The notes beneath the pieces are model-generated. The model was not told the origin of the DNA and searched no databases. It was given only the letters and a program-made list of their open reading frames with translations. The position numbers and the translations under genes were made by a program. From the NCBI GenBank assembly GCA_032718475.1, contig JAUCBJ010000924.1:1-64000 (forward strand): a DNA stretch of 64,000 nucleotides, given 5' to 3'. Source of the stretch: Nemertoderma westbladi (taxonomy: Eukaryota; Animalia; Xenacoelomorpha). Position 1 is the first letter of the stretch. Every line of letters starts with the position of its first letter. This document shows, one piece after another, positions 13,554 to 26,821 of the stretch.

Positions 13554-13668
13554 CCTTCTCCATCGTATACGGGCGGCAGGAGAACGTCGCCCTCAATGGC
13601 CCAGATGGCCGGGCCAGGTTGACGGAAACAGGGGCATTGGCCGCTGGTCCCTTTTAACCCATGGCAAA
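13554..13668. repeat. Dispersed repeat, second copy at 30441-30555
   Basis: CCTTCTCCATCGTATACGGGCGGCAGGAGAACG...AACCCATGGCAAA is near-identical at both sites; partial tandem duplication at 30408-30442. Confidence 0.85.
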
Positions 13669-15732
13669 CAGCCCCCCTCCGCATACTTTCTTCATTGTTG
13701 TCTAGAATATAAAATGTATAATAAGTGTCATTGACATGGGAATATTCATAAATGAGTGTAGCTTGTGTACATACTGTAATACATTACATTTTTATCAACA
13801 ACCCCCCCCCCCCCCCCCCCTCCTTTTCAGAAACTTTAAAAAACTCTCTCTTTCTCCTTCCGGGCCTCAAAAGTGATAACATGCTGCGGGAAGGCAGCTG
13901 GCCGTGGTCGGTGAACGGGGGGGGAGTCTGGAGCTAATGACGGGGAGACGGGTCAACTCCCAACCACGGAATCCCGGCTCAAGAAGTGCGACGAAAGACC
14001 CCATGCCGATGCCATTTATGTAGAATCTCGCGTCTTCGGCGGGGGTGAGCTGCATGATTATGAATGTCATTCCAGATGAAAGGTCCCTAAAAACAAAAAA
14101 TAAATTGCACTTTATTTAGCATATCACTCCCATACAGTATTCGGACAACTGTTCGATTTTGTCAATCCCAGTTGACTATAATGTACCTGAGAAGCTATTC
14201 GACATGACTGATCACAAAATTTTATTTTTCGTTATTTAATATTAGTTTATACTAGCTAACAATGATAATAACTTTGTTGCGTTTGAAACCCTAAGGCTTT
14301 TACAATTACATTACATTACATTACATTATTCAGCTTCAAAATAAAACACTAACATCGATTGCCCAGTGCCACCTTGTGGGTGGGGCTGGGCATTCTTTTT
14401 TTTTTGAGTCGGGCTTGTCTGGAATTGGTGCAACAAGCACAATTCCGGAAATAATAGTAGCCAATATGGAAATATAAATGACTCAGGTAAAAATTACCAA
14501 ATAAGTTGCACCAATTCCGGACAGTGAGAGAGAGGGATAGAAATAAGAGTAACTCTTCCGGTCTAGGCTGCTAGGTGCTATTTACCTACCTTACTGCCTT
14601 ATGGCCGCCTGTATGGGTTCTACTATTATTAATTATTATACCTGCTATTTTCTATTTACCAATACATATATACAGTAGTTACTGAGGAGCATACCAATTG
14701 CTTAAAGCCTTATGATAAAGGTGGCCAACGGCTTAACTGGTTTACCAGCCAGCTGTTATATGTCTGTTATGAAGACTTCAAGCACATGTGATAGTTATTA
14801 TGCTGAAGTCATATCACAGTATCACATCACATGTAAGTTTTAAGAATGTGTTAGATAAGTAAAAAAGTAAAGTAAGATTACACACATAGACTGTTGACTT
14901 ATTTCCAGTACACCCCCCCCCCCCCCCCCCAGAACTATACTCCCTAGAGGAAACTCCAATACTCATTTCTACCATTTAAGGATGCAGCGCAGAGATGCGC
15001 CCTGGCTAGTTACTTACTTGTAGTCCATTTAAAGCATTTCTGCCGAAACTATATACAATAATACCAATATACAATACAAAATATTACCGTACATTGTCCT
15101 AGTAGATGAAAATATTGATAAACAAAACACACATGACGTCATATGGCACATGGAAGATAAGGCCTTACCACTGATCTTCAGTTAAACAAATTAACGTTAA
15201 ATAAGCGGGTTTTTAGTCTTAACTAGGCCTCGTAGATTTCTGTTGTACATAAAAAAAAAAAAAAATGCATTTCATAATCAGCACAAGAAAAGCACGTCTG
15301 GACACGGACTGACGGACATTGGAATATAATTCGAATTCAACTACACACTATGACTAGGACCCTAACCAATATATCCTTGGTCAAAGTAAAAAACTAGAGA
15401 GTTAAGATTATTTATGATTTTTGCAAAAACAAGATAATTAAAAATAAAAAAAAACTTACAACAGACATTAGAAGAGAAAGTATATAATTCAACTATATAG
15501 TATACCCTTTGTCTAGGACCCTGACCAAGGTCTAAAGATATAACAGTAATTAATACCTACTGGTAATTGTTTCATTTCAGGATCAATAATTAGTTAGGCA
15601 GTTAGGTAAAACAATTAGGCCTATTTAATATTTAACAACAATTAACTGATTAACTCAAATCTGCCAAAAATGTAAATATGTATGTTTATAACATGTACCC
15701 TTAGTTCATCTAAGCAAGTCTAGAATGTAACT

Positions 15733-15936
15733 TTAGTTAATCTCACAGAATAGGCAGGGGTCTGTAATATCATTGAGGCAGTCCTCATGATACCAACGGT
15801 CACATTGATCACATTGTATCCAGTTGACTTCGGAATATTCGTCTAAAATGGTTGTCTCCATCGGGGGTTCCTTCTCCAAACATGCATAACATATCGATGA
15901 ATCAATCTTCCCAACCTTCTTTTGTCTCTGATTCAT
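15733..15936 (-). pseudogene. PHD-finger fragment, probably a transposase C-terminus
   Basis: CYAC...WIQCDQCDRWYHEDC...CLFC (C4HC3), followed by a stop codon. This type is common at the C-terminus of pogo-like transposases. Confidence 0.6.
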
Positions 15937-16029
15937 TTTATTTGCAATGGGTTGTTTTACCTTCCTAAAAAGAATATACAGTCCAGCTCACCAACAGAGT
16001 GCCATCGGATCCGATCTGAACCGATCGGA

Positions 16030-16170
16030 TCCAACAGCTTCAAACACTTTCAGACAAACTCCAACAGTCCAACAACTTCAAACAGATTCAGACAGTTTCA
16101 AACAGATTCAGACAGTTTCAAACAGATTCAGACAGTTTCAAACATAATCAGACAACTTCCAACAACCTGT
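16030..16170. repeat. 20-bp minisatellite (CAAACAGATTCAGACAGTTT)
   Basis: Three exact units plus degenerate flanking units. Confidence 0.85.
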
Positions 16171-16299
16171 CAATCACTCCACCCACACTCAACCGCAACC
16201 CGAACTCAACTCCCATCTTCTTGCGCGCAGATAGAATGAAAGCGTTTGAAACTACTAAAGGAACTCCATTCATAAAGCCACAATAACAGAGTGGACTGG

Positions 16300-16630
16300 C
16301 CACTGGCGGCGCCCTTGAACATTCACACTGTAACTTAAGCTGACCTGAAGGAACAGCCCATTAGTGAGGTCGGTATTTCTCTTTATTCCTGCCGCGCTAT
16401 CTTAGAATAACACAATAGCAGAAAGCTAACCAGTGGTCTACCCCCAATACAAGAAAGACAAGTTGGCTACCATTGAAATGAATGGGGAATGGAATTCTGT
16501 GTTCACATACTAATGTTGCTTTGGGTTGGTCTAGAGCCATACAATAGAGCTTTACGGAAATACACTTCCAAAGAGCCAAGCAGTGGCGGTATAGGTCCAA
16601 AATGCCCATGTAGAATTTCTTCGAATAAGG
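16300..16630. repeat. Diverged copy of the repeat at about 970-1355 / 7797-8185
   Basis: Shares GGCGCCCTTGAACAT, TAGTGAGGTCGG-ATTTCTCTTTAT, TACAATAGAGCTTTAC and CCAAAATGCCCATGTAG with those copies. Confidence 0.8.
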
Positions 16631-18284
16631 CTCAATTTCTTTAAGTTACATTAATTAAAATACTGATAAATATATTTTGCTTTTCGCAGGAGGGACAGTA
16701 TCCCCTCTATAGTTAATATAGTGTACGTACATGTATTAGTTATATCGTTGCGTTTATTTATATTTATACAGGTTTAGATATGATCTCTACTAGTTTGATT
16801 TTTGTTTTGTCAATTAATTAATTGTGCGGTTAATTTGTCAATCACAGCCTTAATTGGCTACATTGCTTATTGTATGAATGAATATAATTAGAAATTAAGA
16901 CATTATTTTAATTACTATCTGGTGTGATTAGGTTTACCTTTTACATAACAACAGTACGTCAATGGCGGATATACTACTACTACTAAGTCGAGCGAACTCG
17001 GACAGTGGAAATGAGATCCTTCCAGGCTTCCCGATTCGCCATAGTTGTCGCAATTTCGTTTCTCCCAAGTTCAGAGATGATAATTGATGTTAACGACATA
17101 CTGACTCCTGTTCTTCCTTTAATTTAATTTAATAAGTTCAGAGATGGCGGATATACATTACATCATCATAATATGGCATGGCAGTCACGTGAAAACAAGG
17201 GCCTTCACATTCCCAATTCTCTATCTAATCTATTATGGTTGTGCGTAATGCTCAATACTACTTTATGATATTAATTCATTCACGTTTAACATTAACAGCC
17301 ACGTTTCATCACCCCCCCCCCCCCCCCCCTCCCCTTCCAATGTGACAAACTATCACGATATGTTGGCGTTGGGCCCCGTCCCTACGTCCACACTCCCTTG
17401 TGAAGGGCTAGGGGGGACTTTCGACCCATCATTACTAAAGGGTAGTGATAATATTCAAAATAAGTTTTCCCATGTATACGTAATTGTATTCTTAAATAGG
17501 TACTTGTTTATTTCGTACAGTATAAGACCATAAATAAATAATAACATTTGTGGGTAAATTTTATTTTGTGAAATAAAAATTCATTTTTATGAAAATGTTA
17601 AGAAGTGTGGGTCTGAATGGTAGATAAGTTTTTAATGTCATTATTAATGACAAAATGCATGATTTAAGTGTTAAAATTTAAAACATTGTATGAACAACAC
17701 GAACAGTATAATTAATTAAAATAATGTCCTGAGAGGATGGTTTTTATGCATTAGTGTTGTTTATCGAAAGTCCTGTTTCAAATGCAGATGCAAATGCAAA
17801 TTCAAATATGTTTCAATTAGTTTGCCAAATGGAGCTGAGTATATTTTGATAAGTTTTATTACCAAACAGGTAGATAGAGTTCCGGATAACAGGTATGGGA
17901 GGTTTTCCACTATCATAGCTGTAATCTACTCGTCTCCAGCTTTCAGAAAATATATAGTTTAATGGGGTTTGAAACAAAAAATGTTTTTGACAAAATTTGG
18001 CTAATATTTTGTAGAGTGAACTAGCAGTAGTTCTGAACTGAACAGCAGTACTACAATGAAAACTACCCAACACCACACGTTCGTGGGGCCTTCGCGCAGC
18101 ACGAGGCCCAGTTATGAGATACAAATTAAAATTGAGCAACTGTATCATAAAATCAGTATTTATTGATATTATTTATTTAATCTGCACCCCCCCCCCCCCC
18201 CCCCCCCCACTCTTCCCACCCACCAATACATAACCGCGACATCTACCACCCACGGAAGGGTAGCACGAACTTATTTCCAATCGC

Positions 18285-18670
18285 ACGTTCAATATGCAAA
18301 GCCAGGTGGTTTATAGGAATATAATAAACGCAGTACTCGTTTTCATTATAAGCCTCGTTGCGTTCGTCCTGTTTTGTATTTAAATATATTTCTTAAACGC
18401 AGGCTATGACGATCTTTATAATAATAATAACTAGGGATGCGATCAATATGTGAAGCCAGGTGGTTTATATAATAATATAGTGAACGCAGTACTCTTCTTC
18501 ATTATATGCCTCGTTGTGCTCGTCCTGTTTTGTATTTAAATATATTTCGTAAATACTGACGAAGATACTGACGATCTTTATAACTACCGATGCGTAAAAT
18601 AGGCGCAGCCAGGTATGGTTTATAGGAATATAGTCTACGCAGTACTCGTTTTCATTATATGCCTCATTGA
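18285..18670. repeat. About 154-bp tandem repeat, about 2.5 units
   Basis: GCCAGGT..GGTTTATA...ACGCAGTACTC...TTCATTATA recurs at 18301, 18455 and 18608. Confidence 0.8.
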
Positions 18671-19374
18671 GTTATTAACGTTTAAAATTGAACACTGCAA
18701 AAAAAGCGACAGAACGACAGAACGATAGGTTGATTAATGGTACCCTTACGCTAAGGCTCACTCACTTCGTGGCTCGCCCCACAGTAGGCCCGTAGGCATA
18801 AAGCACAGAGTCAGACAAAACTCTCTACCGGTAACACAGAACAATAGGGTAGGGTTACATACTGTATGGTCAAATAGTATTTAATATAATGGCGCTGCAC
18901 CTTGCGGCTTATAGTAGGATAATTAAATTATCCAATAAAAATGAAGGGGCTGGGGTGGGAGTTTTAAATTATTTTGTAAGTTAACATTCACTAATGCTGA
19001 TAGGAAAATTGTGAATTTTAGTTTATAGGTGACTTTAGGTCGGCTTTTTTTATTCCTGCGATAATTTTATGGTGCCAAAAAAATATTAACTTTTTTTGTA
19101 CATATATCCTGCATCTATTACATGTATTATTTCAAATTTACAGGTTCGTTTGTAATTCTGAGGTGCAAAATAAGCCGTGTTTCTTTTAAGCAACATAGTG
19201 CAGTAAAGGTACTGGGAAACAAATCAGAACAGTGAAATTCTAGATTTTGGATGTAAAAGCCTTTTTGTTTGTAACTTCTAAACTGGTAAACAGGCATTCC
19301 TTTAGGAAACAGAGTGGAAGGGTTTACTGTGGAAGATCCCCTATGGTGGTGAACTGTCAATTCAATCAATGCGC

Positions 19375-20330
19375 AGTTTATACAAAGACATAAACAACGT
19401 TAACTCATAATGCTTTAATGCTACTGCGTGTGCCCCTGAGGCATATAAACGGGGGGTAGTTATGTTTCATCGTATTTTCAACGTCAGTAAGGGCGGGGAT
19501 GGCTCCCAGCTCCATACTGCAATTGGCGAAGCTAACACCATTCTTAGCAATAACCAATATACGAATGCGATGATTCAACGCGAGCTTACCGCCATCCGTG
19601 CCGCTAGGGGGCGTCCTGGCAATTGTAGTGAGAGCGAGGTGACTGCGGTTGCAACCACTGAGGTCATTGACCTGGTGGATCCAGCACCCGTAGATAATCC
19701 CAGGCCTATCATCTGTAAGTTTGAGTACCGCGGTCGGGCTACCAAACTTTTCGTTCGTAGGCTACGTGGTCTAGTACCGAGATCTTGCGCACGGCCAGTG
19801 CGGTTTGTTTACACAACTGCCAAACTGCGCCAATCACTGCCATCATTGAAACATCCGGTTCCCGATTCTAACATCGTGTATTCATTTGCTTGTCCCTCTT
19901 GTAAGGGGGAATATGTTGGACATACCATCCAACACTTATTTGAACGCGTTAGACAGCATCAAGACGGGTCGGCCAATGATGGTAGTGAACAAGGCAAGAC
20001 AGTTCACAACCATATCATGACGCACCGCGGGGAGCCCAACACACGTTGGTTGACCGACTGGCGAGAGTTGTTCAAACACTTCAAGGTTATTGCACGGCAC
20101 CCTTTGCGTCCTGTCCTGCAAAAACTAGAAATTTTTATATACGCACTCGCCAGCCAGCTATCAACAAGCAGAAACGTGATTGGCGCAAGTTTGAGGTGCT
20201 TCTTCCCAGTGGTTAGACGGATACACTTCTACCTTGTTTCACTTTACCGTCCCGTCTCCCTTGGGAACTTCTATCTATTGTCTCCTTTCTAGCACTAGCT
20301 ACTTGAGAAAGCCCCCATTGGGGCGAAACC
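19375..20330 (+). mobile_element. Penelope-like retroelement 3' portion (RT thumb + C-terminal GIY-YIG), 5'-truncated
   Basis: ACAPEAYKRGVVMFHRIF..ILSNNQY..FEYRG..FVYTTAKL..LPSLKHPVPDSNIVYSFACPSCKGEYVGHT..LFERVRQH..LEIF is the standard PLE thumb-linker-GIY-YIG order. Confidence 0.85.
20300..20329 (+). ncRNA. Hammerhead-ribozyme-like core (U3-A8 variant), partial
   Basis: TTGAGAA-A-GCCCC-CATT-GGGGC-GAAAC immediately 3' of the PLE ORF. No convincing stem III or stem I partner follows. Confidence 0.55.
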
Positions 20331-20817
20331 TACTGATCAGCTGACAGCCGTCAGCTGATCACTGATTGTATGCAACGTCTAATGTTCAGTTGCATTTTTA
20401 TTTTAGTATTTGTATCGTACTGTACTTGCATACCTACCGGTAAGGTTTTTACTTCAGCTTGACAATTAAAGAATGAAAAAAAAAAAAAAAAATAGAACAG
20501 ATACCGGATGATTGCAGTAAAAGTAAATCCTTTATTATTGTCCAACGAAATATTATAAATAATTTATTGACATATTAAATAATTGTGGTTACGCTTAATA
20601 AAAATTGAATGAATTGAATAATTTAATGGTGTCTGGAATCATATCAGAATCACCGATTTCGTATCCATTGGTTTATTATTTTTGTTCGGGTTTTTTTATG
20701 AGGCCTCAACCATGAAAGAAATTACATAAAATCTCTTAGATAACAACTTTTTGTATTAACCTTCCCCAATTTCGTCCAATTATTGTGATTATCGCCATTA
20801 TCGAGCAATATGAGTAC

Positions 20818-21601
20818 TTACTTACTCGGTTCGGGTTCATCGAACAACTCAATCGGTTTCACAGTATGGTTGTTACAGTCTAGGGATCTAGTTAGTTTAG
20901 CCGTCGGGGACTCATCACTGCTAGAAGCTAGTATCGAATACTCATAATCCGCTCTAACACAAATTAGAAATGTAGGCCGACTGGAAGGCTTACACATTTC
21001 TGCCTTGTATTTGCTCAAAATAAAGTTATCGCCACTTATGGGGAGTTTTAACGCTGGTGTAAAGTCGGTGTATAGCAGTATCATATCACTATTTGGAATC
21101 GAACGTTTGAAAACATTGCTATTTAAAGCACGGGATTTCGCAATTGCTTCGACATGTAACCCTTCGTAGTCAATATCTACGTCAACGGTAAGTTTTACAT
21201 CTTTCCGGTAAACAAATTTTTAAATCGCTTGTACCCTTACTTAAATTACATGCTCCAATATTAATCATAGTTTTCGTGTCGGTAGTTTTTGGACGCTTCG
21301 AAGTGAAACTCGATCCTAGGCCTATACTACTCGAACTTGGCTCAAGATGACCCCGTTTCTTTACTGACATATACTCTGAAAAATTTAGAATTTCAGTACC
21401 GGTATCGGTAAGCTGTTCTTTTGGTGGAAATCTATTTTCAGATATAATTTCATCTCGTACCAGGTTTCCCACGGACTCCGGATTGTCAATGTTCGAAGAA
21501 GAAGTGCCAGTAGTGGTTCTGGTACCTGTTGGATTCGCACAATGATGGCAATAGCAAGAGTTTGGGTAAAGTCTATTACCACACTTGACACAGTACGGCA
21601 T
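20818..21601 (-). pseudogene. Degraded gene: N-terminal zinc ribbon plus a region resembling G2E3-like/HECT-associated N-termini
   Basis: MPYCVKCG..SCYCHHCA zinc ribbon; INIG..DLK and LLYTD..LP.SGDNFILSKYKAEMCKPSSRPTFLIC resemble a motif recalled from uncharacterised invertebrate and fish proteins. Frameshifted. Confidence 0.4.
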
Positions 21602-23013
21602 TATCCCACTTTATTTAAATCACTAAATCCTAACTGCCTAATGTCTGAATGTTACTACTGTTACTGTAGGCCTACCGGTACTAGGCCTACTGGCAACAAC
21701 TGGCTACTGCATTACTTGTAGCTTTAATATGCCTAATGCAGAAAATTACAGGCACAGTTCTGCAGTTAACTAGCCTACGGTTCATGCAATTTTAAATGTG
21801 GAATGTGGTTCATGTCTGCGTCTAATGACTAATGCTGTAATGTATAGACTAATGTGTCTATAGACTAATACTGCAGTACCTGAGTCCTGTATGGAATCCA
21901 TCCAAAAAGTGCTCAATTTTGATGCACACCGCGCGCCGATGCGCACCAATTTGGCGTGCTTTTATTCTAAAGTGCGCCGGATTAATCCGGCGCAAAGTGT
22001 ATGGATTCCAGTCTGGACCTGAGTACAGGAGTACTGTAATGCAGTAAAAAAACTAAAACTGATATCCAATAGGTCAGTCTGTCAGTAGGTATCAGTACTG
22101 CAGTAGGTACCAGTACAGTTAATTCAGTACAGCAATAAGAAGGCCCTGGTAGTAGGTAAAAACAAGATTGGCCTATATTAACCAAGGAATGCCTAAGGAA
22201 CACCTGCGGGATGCAAATCTGCTTACCTGTTATGGACAGTTACGAAATTGTGACGGGATCCGAGTTGGCAAAAGATCCCGACCATTGTGTGTGTGTTTCG
22301 AGTCATTGCAAACGCGTCGCCGCGTTTGCTAGGCTACTGGAAGGCTGTGGAGAAATTGAAAGGCCGAAGGCCGGTGAAATAACTAAGTTTATAGTTATTG
22401 TTGTTCATAATATCAGATAAGCGCATCTCAGTCTAATACAATAATAGCCTAATCCCTATTTTCCCCTGGCCCTATGCTAGCTTCCCCCTGAGATGAGCTG
22501 ATGTGCTGGTATCTCTCTCTAGCTGGCAATGTATATTGCCTTGGTGTCTTTGGTATGCGATATTATATTGGTAATATCGCATATCCAATCATGATTCGTA
22601 AATCATGCCTTTCCCCATTTTCCGCTGGGTGGTGCAGTGAATTGGATCCGCTAACACTCCCCCCCCCCCCCAATGCTATCTTCCCAGTGAGAAGATAGCA
22701 TCAACCTAAAGTGCGCTCCAATTCCGCTGGAATCCAATCTAGTATCCAATGAATTGAATCCAATCCAATGAATTGAATCCAATCCTTGAATCCAATCTCT
22801 TCTTCTCACACATTAACTGAATGCACAGTTCATATACATCAGCATCACAAGGAATAGATGAGCGAAATAATGGTATTAATTTCATAAAAGTATTAATTTC
22901 AAAAGGCGCTATGGTTAAGAGCTGTTTGGTAGCATGGTAGAGGCTAGGCGAACTATACATAATATTAGGTCAACCGCTTGCAACGTTGGAATTTCCAGAA
23001 GGACGAATAAGAT

Positions 23014-24533
23014 CCCAGGTAGCACAAATACGTAAATTTACGGTAAATTTACGTTCATTATTCATCCAGACGTTCTGGATTTATGTTCATATGACGTTGT
23101 ATTTCTCCCATAAGATGCTATTGATGCTAAACGTTGTTGGCCGTCAGAAGTACCGTAATATGAACGGGCAATTGAATGTAAAAGAGACCACAGGCAATCT
23201 ATGTTCAAATGACGTGTTCACTAGACGTTCATTTCTGGTGTGTTATAGGTCCATATTAGGTTGAATAAACGTAAAAATTTAACGTGAGACCAACCAATCC
23301 AATGTTCTGTGTAGAGAGGGGAGGGGGGGGGGGGTTTAGCCTACCTTATCCAATCCCTACACCCTATCCTACGGCCCTACACCTACAATACCCTATACAT
23401 TTAGAGAAGGAAGCATCAGAGTATATATGAAATTATTTAATCGATAGTGATATAAGAGTATCCATGATATATTATGGTGATGATCCACAAATTCACATTG
23501 GATTAGTTAGATTTCTGTATTTTATCTTATTACCAGCCAAAATAGATTATTCATATTGATGAATCCTAAAAAAATTAATTAATTTTATGACCTTATAATT
23601 GATATTTTAAATTTTGTATCTATGCAATAAGGCAATAATACATACAAAACGCAATTGAAACGTAAGAAAGGTTTATATAATATGATAAATTTGTAAAATA
23701 AAAAATAATGTTTTGCGATTAAAAAAATTACCCTACGCATGATAGAAGTTTGAACATTCCAACGCCCATATATCCGATTTATCTCAACAAAATGTAATGG
23801 TATTTGGTCAGTTGGTATCAAAATAGACAAACTTTTGCGGTTTTCTTTCTTTGATATTTTCTTGGTTCAAAAGGCCTAATATATTCTAATAATTTTATTA
23901 CAATTTTTCGTGACATAGTACTAGTGTATTAGCTTTAGTAATCAGTAGAATCACCTTTGTCTAATTTTGATGTTATTTGTTGTTTAAAATGTTTAAAAAT
24001 GCGTCAGCATTGTATTGGTTATCAATGTTTTGTTGTGTGAATAATTTTTCGATTACTTAAAGTAATTGTTTTGTATTGAGAATGTACCATTAGTCCAGAT
24101 ATAACTAAGCGGAACCACACCAACCATACAAGGAGTAGGCTAACCAACATAAAAAATAATTTCACAATAATAAATAGTCAGATAATTGTATCACGAACAA
24201 GTTTGAACATGCCATTGACATAACAAGTTAAAGTAAATTATGTTTGAACGTTCATAAACGTTCAAACAACGTACATATTTAGGTTCAAAGAAATGAACGC
24301 ATAACTGGACGCAATTTGAACGTTCAATATTCGTTTGTTTTGGTTCATATTCAATTTCTTTAAAGTTAGGACGTTAAATTACCTAATGTGAACGTCACAA
24401 TTTGGTAAATTACTCACAACGTCAGCAATTTTTACCTATTTTGAAAAATATTTCATTGATGTTCAGATTCGCATAAAAAAAGTACCAAATATGAACGTTC
24501 AATTTCTTTCGTGGACGTCCTGTGCTACCTGGG
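23014..24533. mobile_element. Non-autonomous CMC/EnSpm-like element
   Basis: TIR CCCAGGTAGCACA / TGTGCTACCTGGG flanked by AT on both sides (2-bp TSD), with AACGTT-rich subterminal repeats. A related right end (TGTGCTACTAGGG) lies at about 30750-30762. Confidence 0.75.
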
Positions 24534-25406
24534 ATGGTGGTTCCACACTGATGCTAATGTGTCTAGTTCGTTTTGAATTAGTGAAGTAAAACAGAACTGA
24601 ACAACAGCCTTTGAAACAAAGTCTCCGGGGAGGTCACCTTCTGCCTGCAATTCTTTTAATAATTCTATCCATAACTGCACGTTCTCCTTCCGAAGAACCC
24701 CCCACCAACTCTCGATTCTTTGATTTGCTGTATTGCACCCGTCTGTATCCCGTCTTGATTTTTTTACCTACTGACCAAACTTTTGGTCAATACTGTATTC
24801 ATTTATGATATATTTTTAATTCATTCGACCTTCTTTCCTGTTTATCCAATTAATAATTATTTCATTAGTGCTAGCACACAAAAACAGTTAATGCATTTAC
24901 TTGTCTACTGTAGCTACTGTATATTAGGCCTACAAAAATATGTGGACCATCAACCATGAACCAATATGCTTCTTCTATAATGTATAATGTATTATAGTCC
25001 ATTAAGAACACTAATGGTTCTTAGAAGGCATATAATATATTATTCAACATGCTTTGTTACTACTATCTGCATTCATAGAAGTCACCTGATTAAATTAATG
25101 GCTTATATATTACAGCGCCTCCTGACCCTGTTTATAAAGCCGTACAAGTAGTTAGTTATTCACAAAGCCAGAGCGAAAATGTTTTGCATTAGTACACCTT
25201 GAGTACCCATAGTTTGGCCAATTCTTTTCATATGAAAAATGCTTTTATCATGAGGTTTTTTTCTACAACAAATATTTGACCTTCCGACAGTAGGATGGTA
25301 GCTAATAATTTTTATTTTGTGTTAGCTAGTACATTTTTTTAGCTCGTGAAAAAAGTTAATTTGATTTTATATTTATATTTTTTTTTTGGATAGTACTAGT
25401 TTGTGG

Positions 25407-26220
25407 CAACAGTCGAAAACAGGCGAAAACAGTTGGAATGTAGGGAAAACAGACGAAAACAGTTAGATCGTTTAAAAATAATCATCCATGCATCCAGGTG
25501 AAAGTAGATATTGAAGTTAACTAGGCGTAATTATAGATTTAAAATTTAGTGGCATTTATAATGTCGCTAACTTAAGATGATGTTCTACCCTTAACCCATG
25601 TACAATAACACTGATTACCCGTTGCATGATTATGGATTTTACTCCAGTACTGCAATGCAGTAAGCCTACAGAGTAGAGTATTCAGTACGTCTATTATACC
25701 GGCACCCGTACCGGCACCGATAGAAGAAGATAAGATGTTGAAGTACGAAGTTCCGGTATCTTCGCTTCCAGCTGTTTCCGCATTATCAGAACAAACAAAA
25801 TTTGTTAATGCTGAAAATGAAATAGGCGTATGTGTTATGTATTTTACGTACCTGGCATCGTTATTACAGACATGGAGTTCAGACTTAGGCCTACAGTACT
25901 AGCTACTACTACTAATAACAATCAATAAAGTGCATCTCTGCAATAATAATAAATTCAATTACTACCCAAACGGTACGGGTACAGTACAACAGGTACCGGT
26001 AGGGCAGCACGGGCACTGATATGAGCAGTGTTATTGTACATAGAACGTCATCTTAAGTTAGCAACATTATAAATGCCACTAAATTTTAAATCTATAATGA
26101 CACCTAGTTAACTTCAATATCTACTTTCACCTGGATGCATGGATGATTATTTTTAAACGATCTAACTGTTTTCATCTGTTTTCACTACATTCCAACTGTT
26201 TTCGCTTGTTTTCGCCTGTT
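25407..26220. repeat. Foldback element with about 180-bp inverted arms
   Basis: 25407-25587 is the reverse complement of 26041-26220 with few mismatches; TSD not evident. Confidence 0.85.
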
Positions 26221-26821
26221 ATCAATTTTACCATTCTTACCCCTTATGAATTTAATTAATTGTAGTGTCAAAATACGTGCAAGACTATCCGTTTTCTATT
26301 GATATAAGCAAAGTGTGAAATGATTGAGAATTAATGTGTATTTGAATTGATCGAAAATATCTCTCCATAGAAACCAAGATAAAAAAATATATCAGATCAC
26401 TGCTTAATGAGTGCAGCCAATCACTGTCGATTTTCAAAATTGGCTTCCCGCGCATACTTAAACCCGCCATTTCGACCGTTTCCTCGTGTTTTTACAAAAA
26501 CACACCCCGCCATTTGATTCCGGGCACCTTTTTACCCAATATTCGATTGTTTCTAGCCCAACAATTTTTGCGCGCACCAACCCTATTCTGTCCTAACCAG
26601 TGATCGAATCTTGAGCATCTTGTTTGGTCCCCATAATGTCACCAAAACTCCATGTGGCTGATTAATTTATGGCTCAAACTAAAAGTAAGTAGTCGTAGTA
26701 TTCGAATCAATTATACTTTCTGCACAGCGATAAAAATATGATGAAATCCATTCAATAGTAAGAGGTAAAATACAATGAATAGTCTTTGAATAATACATTC
26801 TTCAACATCCTATTGGACATA

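Noticed and set aside
14417-14523. Short inverted repeat TGTCTGGAATTGGTGCAAC / GTTGCACCAATTCCGGACA
   Set aside because: Possibly a tiny MITE, but no TSD or second copy supports it.
17900-18010. Segment resembling Kolobok/Tc1-type subterminal sequence (also about 26280-26380)
   Set aside because: No partner TIR or TSD found; resemblance is from memory only.
19462-20292. The PLE GIY-YIG as the source of the Helitron-like GIY-YIG
   Set aside because: Different subtype (VYxxxCxxC..YVG versus YIL..YFIGET..GRG..HPW) and no visible similarity beyond the core motif.
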